Source of the DNA: Candidatus Pacebacteria bacterium CG_4_9_14_0_2_um_filter_40_15
GTDB lineage: Bacteria > Patescibacteriota > Microgenomatia > UBA1400 > PJMF01
Assembly: GCA_002788675.1 (NCBI GenBank)
Contig: PFRS01000007.1
Coordinates: 270 to 64,269 of the forward strand
DNA: 64,000 bases
Direction: 5' to 3'
Made by a program: the position numbers and the translations under genes. The notes beneath the pieces were generated by a model. The model saw only the letters and a program-made list of their open reading frames with translations, did not search any database and was not told the DNA's origin. This document shows, one piece after another, positions 17,574-24,842 of the stretch (position 1 is its first letter; each line of letters opens with the position of its first letter).

Positions 17574-19001
17574 TTAGTTAATTTGTAAAATAGATAACGT
17601 ATTGGTTAGTCCTGGTTTCTTCCAGAAAGTACCGTGTACAAGTAATACTGTTTCACCAACTTTAGCTATATTCAATTCTTTTATTCTATCCAAAAGTGCT
17701 TCAGAACTTTCTAATTTATCTTTACTTGAAAGCTCTACCATGTGAGCTTCAACGCCGTAAAGGAGAGAAAGCTTGCTGTAGGTTGAGACGCTACTGGTAA
17801 GGACGTGCACAGGCACATGAGGTCTAAATCTTGAAAGATTTCGAGCAGTCTGACCTGTTTCTGACAAACAGACAATCTTATCGATTTGGATATTATTACT
17901 TTGGAGCAAAGAAACTTCAAGTAGAGAGACAGCTGAGTGTGTGATGTATGCAGATGCATCAGAGTCTTCGGTAGCAATTGGCTGTGGATAGGCATGATCT
18001 TCATTGAAGGCTGCAATGCGTGCCTGAGTAGCAACTGCTTTTACAGGGTAATCGCCAATTGTAGTTTCTTCAGAAAGCATCACGGCATCGGTTCCGTCGT
18101 AAATAGCATTGGCAACGTCTGAAACTTCTGCTCTTGTTGGCCGTGGATTATTGACCATTGATTTGAGCATTTGTGTAGCTGTGATAACTGGTTTGCCAAG
18201 TTCACGACACTTCAAAATTATTGTCTTTTGCCAGAAAGCTAACTCTTCAAATGGAACTTCAACTGCTAAGTCACCTCGAGCCACCATGATTGCATCAGAT
18301 GCAACGATAATTTCGTCGATGTTATCGATTGCTGATTGGTTCTCAATTTTTCCAACAATTCTACAATCTTCAAGTCCACGAGCATCGAGCTCATTTCGTA
18401 GGATTTTAATGTCTTGTTCGTTACGAACAAATGAAAGTGCAACAAAATCTACGTTCCCTTTTTTAATACCATCTAGCTGGACAAAGTCTGTAGGAATAAG
18501 TGAAGGTAGCTCAATTGTTACACCTGGAGTATTGAGCGTTTTTCTGTTTGAAACAGTAAAGCTGCCGAGTGCTGTGGCGTGTAAATCAATTCCTGAAATT
18601 TGAGAGACCACAAATTCACCAAGACCATCATCAATGAGAATGCGGTCGCCGGTTGAAAGCGTTTCAATTACTATTTGAGGAATAAAAGCTGATCGCTTGC
18701 CATTACCTTTTTCATTAGAAGTGAAGATCATATCTTCACCTTCTTTAATTTCAAAAGCTTCTCCATTTGGAATGGTGATGCGGATTTCTGGACCCTGAAG
18801 ATCAAGAAGTACTCCAACTGGTGTATTAAGTTCTTTTGCAACTTTTTTTACACGTTCAATACGCTCCTGATGCCACTCTGGGGTGCCATGTTTAGTGTTA
18901 AAACGGGCAACGTTCATTCCTGCTCGGATGAGTTGTTCGATAACTTCTTCTGTTTCGGTTGCTGGGCCAATTGTGGCCACGATTTTGGTAGATTTTTGCA
19001 T
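17574..19001 (-). CDS. pyk: pyruvate kinase
   Basis: TKIVATIGPA, DLQGPEIR, IMVARGDL, TATQML, PTRAEVSDVANAIYDGTDAVMLS. Confidence 0.97.
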   Translation of the reverse strand: MQKSTKIVATIGPATETEEVIEQLIRAGMNVARFNTKHGTPEWHQERIERVKKVAKELNTPVGVLLDLQGPEIRITIPNGEAFEIKEGEDMIFTSNEKGNGKRSAFIPQIVIETLSTGDRILIDDGLGEFVVSQISGIDLHATALGSFTVSNRKTLNTPGVTIELPSLIPTDFVQLDGIKKGNVDFVALSFVRNEQDIKILRNELDARGLEDCRIVGKIENQSAIDNIDEIIVASDAIMVARGDLAVEVPFEELAFWQKTIILKCRELGKPVITATQMLKSMVNNPRPTRAEVSDVANAIYDGTDAVMLSEETTIGDYPVKAVATQARIAAFNEDHAYPQPIATEDSDASAYITHSAVSLLEVSLLQSNNIQIDKIVCLSETGQTARNLSRFRPHVPVHVLTSSVSTYSKLSLLYGVEAHMVELSSKDKLESSEALLDRIKELNIAKVGETVLLVHGTFWKKPGLTNTLSILQIN

Positions 19002-19176
19002 ACGTCTTTCTATTATCTGCTTTTCTTACTATTACTTCAAGTATGTAATCTGGTTGCCTCTTGTCAGTCCTAAGTGTCTACGATACAGTGGTATTCTGAA
19101 AACAAAGAATCATGTTTACTTAAGTCAAGGAGACAAGGTGAAATTGTAACATATTTTAGGATAAATGAAAGGAACT

Positions 19177-19731
19177 ATGACTGACGACACTCAGAAATTA
19201 GATGCACCAGAAGATACTACGGCACTTCCGGCAGCAGAAGAAGAAATGATGTTAGAAAGTGGTGATGACTTAGCAGCTGCTGCTCTTGCAAGCAGTGTTA
19301 GTGATGATTCAGACGATGAGACCATTGCATCCGATCAACTCGCTACCACACTTTCTTCTTTGCAAAATGTGATTGAGCGAAACGCGGATTTACTCACACA
19401 GCTTGGTTCAGATTTAAAGCTTAAACGAGAGAGTTTGAAGAATGTTTTTGATAACGATACCCAGCTTTCTGAAGCAACTCAACAACAACAAGAGGTTTCA
19501 CAGCAAGTTAAGGAACGTAAGTCAAAACTTCTAACCAGTCCAGAAGTGACTCAACTTAAGACTCAAATTGGAGAATTAAATGAGCAAAAGAAAGAAATTG
19601 AAGAAGCACTCAGTAATCACTTACTTAATTACTACCAGCTTACGAACTCAATGAGTTTTGATACCAGTGATGGTGATCAATGGGAATTTGGGATTCGTGC
19701 AAAAGTTAAAGGTAGAAAGAAACAAGAGTAA
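19177..19731 (+). CDS. hypothetical acidic coiled-coil protein
   Basis: AAGGA before ATG 19177; heptad-rich helices; followed by terminator. Confidence 0.8.
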   Translation: MTDDTQKLDAPEDTTALPAAEEEMMLESGDDLAAAALASSVSDDSDDETIASDQLATTLSSLQNVIERNADLLTQLGSDLKLKRESLKNVFDNDTQLSEATQQQQEVSQQVKERKSKLLTSPEVTQLKTQIGELNEQKKEIEEALSNHLLNYYQLTNSMSFDTSDGDQWEFGIRAKVKGRKKQE

Positions 19732-19756
19732 CTTAACTTTGTTTGAATGTAACTGA

Positions 19757-19785
19757 AAAGCGCCAGGCAATTTGCCTGGCGCTTT
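19757..19785. terminator. bidirectional terminator
   Basis: aaagcgccaggca-att-tgcctggcgcttt between convergent genes. Confidence 0.75.
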
Positions 19786-19832
19786 CCGTTTTACTTTAAA
19801 AAACATTTCAATAAGATTGAAACATGTATGTA

Positions 19833-20087
19833 TTAACTCTTTCCTAATCTTTCACCGATTCTTTGAAGAACTAGAGGAGCAATATTTTTCATGCGTTTAA
19901 GAGCTCGAGAACGCTTGCGCAGTCTACGAACTTCAGTTTTCTTAATGGTACGTTTTAGTGATGGCTTCTGAAAATAGCGACGATCACGTGCTTTGGTTAC
20001 GATGTCAGCTGCTGCTGTAGCCTTTTTAAACTTCTTAATGACGTCAAAAGTGCTATCGTTACCTTGTGCTTTTACGATAATTGGCAT
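19833..20087 (-). CDS. rpsU: 30S ribosomal protein bS21
   Basis: IKKFKK...ARDRRYFQKPS motif; strong SD GGAGGTGA; downstream of HIT gene (conserved HIT-rpsU order). Confidence 0.85.
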   Translation of the reverse strand: MPIIVKAQGNDSTFDVIKKFKKATAAADIVTKARDRRYFQKPSLKRTIKKTEVRRLRKRSRALKRMKNIAPLVLQRIGERLGKS

Positions 20088-20205
20088 GTACTCTCACCTC
20101 CTCTCCAAAAAAATTACAAATAAGTACATAAGGCTAAGCCTTAGTGCTTCTCGGGTGAAAAGCAGACTGCTATTATAACCTATAGAATTGGAAATGTCAG
20201 TAGCG

Positions 20206-20586
20206 TTACTCGTTGATGAGTGTGGCGGCTTCTTCTTCGATTTTTTCGATGCTGGCTGCCTGGTCCCAGCCACCGGTAAGGTGTACGTGTATGTGATGTA
20301 CTTGTTGTACTTTTTTACCTACGTTGAGAAACACTTTATAGTTTTCAGAAATGTTTAATTTTTTTGCAACTTTTCGAACGGTGGTAAGCAGCTGAGCATG
20401 AAATGCCTCGTCTTCCAAATCGACTTGTTCGAGTGTTTCATACTGCTTTTTAGGAATAATCAGTACATGAACAGGAGCCTTAGGGCTAATATCATTAATG
20501 GCAATGAAGTCTTCATCTTCATACTGAATTGTGGCAGGAATTTCACGATTAATTATTTTGGTAAAAATGGAAATGGAATCTGACAT
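20206..20586 (-). CDS. hinT: histidine triad nucleotide-binding protein (HinT)
   Basis: SIFTKIINREIPA, DISPKAPVHVLIIPK, HIHVH. Confidence 0.93.
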   Translation of the reverse strand: MSDSISIFTKIINREIPATIQYEDEDFIAINDISPKAPVHVLIIPKKQYETLEQVDLEDEAFHAQLLTTVRKVAKKLNISENYKVFLNVGKKVQQVHHIHVHLTGGWDQAASIEKIEEEAATLINE

Positions 20587-20598
20587 GTGCTCCTTCAG

Positions 20599-21480
20599 TT
20601 ATTTTTTGCCGTAGGTGTCTATGATAAGTGCGGTGATTTCATCGAGGGTAAGTGGAGAGGCTTTTTGATCTTTATTTTTGATAGAACCGTTAAGTAACAT
20701 CTTGCCACTTGAGTGTAAAAACCAATCACCGACTGTGTCACGAGCAGAAATTTTTTCAGATAGTGCAGATAAATCAATGTTAACGTCTGGCCGAGCTTTG
20801 ATACGAATATTTCCTAATTTGGGATTTTTCTTTACTACCAGTACAAACCCTTGTTTTTGTGCAGACTTTATAGTGTCATCATTCCGGGTTTCGAGTGCTA
20901 GGCACTTGCCTTGTGGAAGATCAAATGGTTTTCCTTTTTCATTAATTATTTCATTTGCTTTCACTTGCTGAGTAATAGTTGCATATACGTAATCAAGACA
21001 CTTCATTCCAAAGTGAAGTTGCGATTCATCGTCATGTGGATCGGAAAATTCGTTGCCTCTAATGAGTTCATGGATCATAAAACTATAGCGATAGGATTCT
21101 GCTTCTGGCCAGTATATTTCTCCAAAGTGATCGATTTCAGTTATGAATTTTACGATTATGTCGAGTGCTTGATCTTCTTCAAGTTCAGGATGGATTTGAA
21201 TGAGGTGATCATGCACCAGAGAGGATGCACAAATGTCTGTGCTAGCACGTTCTTTTTGATGATGATCGAACTCGCCAAGACCAGTATCTACATGTCGTAC
21301 ATCTCGTTCATCAATTCCAAGCTGCTCTATCTCATATTCTTCGATTAGACTGCCTGGATTCACAAATGCAACTTTTGCATCTCCGAAATCTTGCGTATCA
21401 AATTTTTTTAGTAACCAAACTGAGCCGATTGCATCAAGGTCTGGAGCATGATGTGTGACAATTAATCTTCTTTTTTGCAT
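20599..21480 (-). CDS. DHH-superfamily (MYG1-like) phosphoesterase/nuclease
   Basis: VTHHAPDLDA, VDTG..EFDHHQ, EIDH, WFLHSSG motifs; start MQKRR 7 nt after TGGTAAACT. Confidence 0.7.
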   Translation of the reverse strand: MQKRRLIVTHHAPDLDAIGSVWLLKKFDTQDFGDAKVAFVNPGSLIEEYEIEQLGIDERDVRHVDTGLGEFDHHQKERASTDICASSLVHDHLIQIHPELEEDQALDIIVKFITEIDHFGEIYWPEAESYRYSFMIHELIRGNEFSDPHDDESQLHFGMKCLDYVYATITQQVKANEIINEKGKPFDLPQGKCLALETRNDDTIKSAQKQGFVLVVKKNPKLGNIRIKARPDVNIDLSALSEKISARDTVGDWFLHSSGKMLLNGSIKNKDQKASPLTLDEITALIIDTYGKK

Positions 21481-21797
21481 TACCTGTAGTTTACCAGACA
21501 TTTTACTATTGGTCAGACTAAGATAAAAGTTTGCCAAAGATATGCATTTGCTGGTAAATCAAAACCCACCACATTTGCCTTAGATAAATCTAGAAAAAAT
21601 GTAGTGGGCATCCTCACCGGGATTAATTAGTACTATACCTTTTGTTCTAGAAATATGTAGTGTTAAAAAGTCACTATCTATGGGTGTATAACATCAATAC
21701 CAGGCTAACTTAAAATTTCTATATGGGTTATATTAATACGCATTATATACATAATATTTACCGCAATTTTTTAAGTAATTGCCGAATGTGCACCCCA

Positions 21798-22145
21798 CTA
21801 TAGTTTTGAAATTCGTTTAATTATAAAGAGTGCAATTTTCCACAAAAGTTTAAATGGTAACGTAATGAGTGTCCATGCAAGCGGCACGCGATCATCTTCT
21901 CCTCTTATCCATGTAGAAACCACCAGATATTTTTTTTCAGCTGGTAAATATGAAGCTACTACAAAATGGCGTCTTCCATTAATTGTTTTAATATATCGTT
22001 TCGATTGTTTTTGCTCAGATTTTACTGATTCAGGGTATGTAATAGTTTCCCATACTGAGTGATCAGCTATGCTGCGGAGCGCCATGCGCTCCGCAGCATG
22101 CTTTGTAAAGACAATATTTTTATATGTTCGTTGATGTGATGCCAT
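21798..22145 (-). CDS. DUF4258-like protein with C-terminal amphipathic/hydrophobic helix
   Basis: IVFTKHAAERMALRSI...YLVVSTW pattern. Confidence 0.7.
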   Translation of the reverse strand: MASHQRTYKNIVFTKHAAERMALRSIADHSVWETITYPESVKSEQKQSKRYIKTINGRRHFVVASYLPAEKKYLVVSTWIRGEDDRVPLAWTLITLPFKLLWKIALFIIKRISKL

Positions 22146-22154
22146 AACAGAGTA

Positions 22155-23600
22155 TTAATATGCCTGAGCAAACAACCAAGTGTGCGTTGCTGGTTTACCA
22201 CAGTGTACACATGTTCCGTGTGCTTCTTCAACATCACCTTCGTGGTTCGTGAACGGTAAACATCGAGTAGTTGCTTTTGTTTCTTCTTTAATTGCTGTTT
22301 CACAGGCTGTATCTTCGCACCAAAATGCTTTAATGAAGCCGCGATTCTCTGTCATTATTTTCTTGAAATCATCAAAGGTTGAGGCTTCAAACGTAAGTGC
22401 CTCTTGCCGCTGCTTTGCAGCATCAAATAATGCTAACTGAATATCTTCAAGCAATTTTGGAATTGTTTGACCCAATGTGGCAATGTCCATTGATATTTTT
22501 TCATGATTATAGCGAACTGAAACAGAAACTTTTCCTGAAGCAAGTTCTCTGGCTCCTACCACTATCACGAGTGGAATACCTTCAAGCTCTGCATCATTTA
22601 TTTTCCAGCCCATGGAGGTTGCAATTTCTGTGTTTGCTTCTGCACGGACTTCTTCCTGAATGAGAACATCGGTTATTGTTGCTACTGTATCGAGTGTTTC
22701 TTGATCTTTGGTTGCATTAACTACAAGTACCTGAGTAGGTGCAATTCTTGGTGGTAATACCAACCCTTCATCATCTCCATGTGTCATAATTAGCGCGCCA
22801 ATAATTCGAGTTGAGAGTCCCCAGCTATTCTGCCAAACATACTGGAGAGTATCAGAAGAGTCTTGGAACGAAATATTAAAAGCTTTAGCTTTTGAAAAGT
22901 TTTGACCCAGATGATGACTTGTTCCAGATTGAAGGGCTTTTCCATCTGGCATGAGTGCTTCAATCGTTGTAGTTACAACTGCGCCAGCGAATTTTTCAGA
23001 TTCACTTTTTCGTCCTTTTACAACAGGGATAGCTAGAAAATCTTCTGAAATTTTTCGATAACTTTCCAGTGCATCGTACATTGTTGTCAGTGCTTCAGCT
23101 TGGGTTGCATGGGCGCTGTGAGCTTCTTGCCATAAAAATTCTGTTGTTCTGAGGAAGAAGTTAGTTCGTTTTTCCCATCGCACAACATTATTCCACTGAT
23201 TAATCTTAAGTGGTAAGTCACGATGTGATTGAATCCATTTACTGTACATGTGGTACATGATTGTTTCTGAAGTTGGTCGAACTACAAGTTTCTCAGTGAG
23301 TTCTTCACCTCCTGCGTGGGTAACTACAGCCAGTTCAGGGGCAAAGCCCTCGACATGGTCAGCTTCTTTTTCTAGAAATGACATTGGAATGAAAAGTGGA
23401 AAATAGGCATTTTTAACACGCATTGCAGATAACATTGGTTGATAACTCTGCTGGATATGTTCCCACAAACCATAGCCGTTGGGACGAATAACCATACATC
23501 CTTTAACTGGCGAGTAATCGGCAAGCTTTGCTTGCTGAATGACTTGTGTATACCATTTGCTCATGCTCTCCGATTTAGGAGTTAGATCTCGTTTAGCCAT
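22155..23600 (-). CDS. proS: proline--tRNA ligase (archaeal/eukaryote-like type)
   Basis: KEADHVEGFAPE, RPTSET, VVRWE, FLRTTEFLWQE, C-terminal Zn-binding domain ending FAQAY; start MAKRD. Confidence 0.97.
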   Translation of the reverse strand: MAKRDLTPKSESMSKWYTQVIQQAKLADYSPVKGCMVIRPNGYGLWEHIQQSYQPMLSAMRVKNAYFPLFIPMSFLEKEADHVEGFAPELAVVTHAGGEELTEKLVVRPTSETIMYHMYSKWIQSHRDLPLKINQWNNVVRWEKRTNFFLRTTEFLWQEAHSAHATQAEALTTMYDALESYRKISEDFLAIPVVKGRKSESEKFAGAVVTTTIEALMPDGKALQSGTSHHLGQNFSKAKAFNISFQDSSDTLQYVWQNSWGLSTRIIGALIMTHGDDEGLVLPPRIAPTQVLVVNATKDQETLDTVATITDVLIQEEVRAEANTEIATSMGWKINDAELEGIPLVIVVGARELASGKVSVSVRYNHEKISMDIATLGQTIPKLLEDIQLALFDAAKQRQEALTFEASTFDDFKKIMTENRGFIKAFWCEDTACETAIKEETKATTRCLPFTNHEGDVEEAHGTCVHCGKPATHTWLFAQAY

Positions 23601-23624
23601 GATTCCTTTCAGTTTATTTTGGGT

Positions 23625-23878
23625 AAAAAAAAGACCCATGTAAACAACTACTTTGTGTTTACAAGGGCTCTCTTATGAGGGCGGTACCACCTTGTTTTTG
23701 ATTATTTCTAATCAAATCTTGATGATTGCACTGGTATGCAATCGAGCACATGATTTCGGGTGCTTGCCGGATAAGTTAGCAGTTCTATCTAAATAGACAA
23801 AGGATCCTTATCGATTCTCGCTTGTTTGCGACCTCAAGTTAGGAGCTTAAGGTATACACAACCTGTGTATGAAATCTA
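23625..23878 (-). ncRNA. T-box riboswitch (proS leader)
   Basis: AAGG-TGGTACC-GC...GCCCTT antiterminator overlapping terminator CCCTTGTAAAC...GTTTACATGGG-TCT8; TATACT at rc 23885-23890. Confidence 0.85.
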
Positions 23879-23922
23879 GTAGATAGTATACTAAAAATTG
23901 ACCTGATATACCAGTACTAACT

Positions 23923-24822
23923 TTATATCCAGGCTTTGAGTGCATTTGCAAAGAGTTCAGATGCATCAAGTATAGTGACTTTAGGAGGGAGATCTTTTTG
24001 GACAATAGTATTTGCTACAACGACACTATCTATGCTTTCGTGAGATAATTTTTCTCTAGCTCCCTGAGTTAAAACTGGATGTGTTGCTAGAAAGTGTACT
24101 TCTTTAGCACCCTTTTCTTTAAGAAGCTTGCTCGCTTCAAGAACAGTGCCACCAGAAAGTATTGAATCATCAAAGACTACAACAATCTTACCTTCAACAG
24201 ATCCCCCTTGGAGAGATTGGGCGGTAACTTCACCCGTGCTTAGGTCTCGGTGTTTATCCACATTTACCAAATTAGTATGTAATTCGTTTGCAAACATATG
24301 TGCGCGTTTTAGGCCGCCAAAGTCTGGGCTAGCTACCACAATCTCATTTAGATCAAATGATTGACGGACGTACTCAGTGAAGAGTGAAATTGCAGAAAGA
24401 TTTTGGGTTGGAATGGTGAAAAATCCTGGAACGCTACTATTATGTATATCAAGTAATGTTGCTCGTTTTACATAACTGTTTGAAACTAAGTTCGCGACTA
24501 CTTTTGCTGCAATTGGTTCACCTAAGCGGAATGATTTATCCTGAAGTGAGTATCCCATCCAGGGAATGATCGCATGGATATGACGGGCACCCAATCGCTC
24601 TAAGGCGTCGGTGATAAGTAAGAACTCCATGATGTTTTCATCGGTTGGATCGGAAAATGACTGAACAAAGGCGATATTCTCCCCTTCGATCTTGTCTTTA
24701 ATCCAGATGCGTTTTTCACCATTGGCAAATTTTGAAATCTCAATTGAGATTGTTTCAAGTCCAAGTCTGGTACTAAGATTTTTTGCAAAATCTGGGTTAG
24801 ATGATCCTGAGATTAGTTTCAT
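23923..24822 (-). CDS. prs: ribose-phosphate pyrophosphokinase
   Basis: FANGE, PWMGYSLQDK, VASPDFGGLKRA, VFDDSILSGGT. Confidence 0.95.
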   Translation of the reverse strand: MKLISGSSNPDFAKNLSTRLGLETISIEISKFANGEKRIWIKDKIEGENIAFVQSFSDPTDENIMEFLLITDALERLGARHIHAIIPWMGYSLQDKSFRLGEPIAAKVVANLVSNSYVKRATLLDIHNSSVPGFFTIPTQNLSAISLFTEYVRQSFDLNEIVVASPDFGGLKRAHMFANELHTNLVNVDKHRDLSTGEVTAQSLQGGSVEGKIVVVFDDSILSGGTVLEASKLLKEKGAKEVHFLATHPVLTQGAREKLSHESIDSVVVANTIVQKDLPPKVTILDASELFANALKAWI

Positions 24823-24842
24823 ACTCCCTATTGTATCGTATT

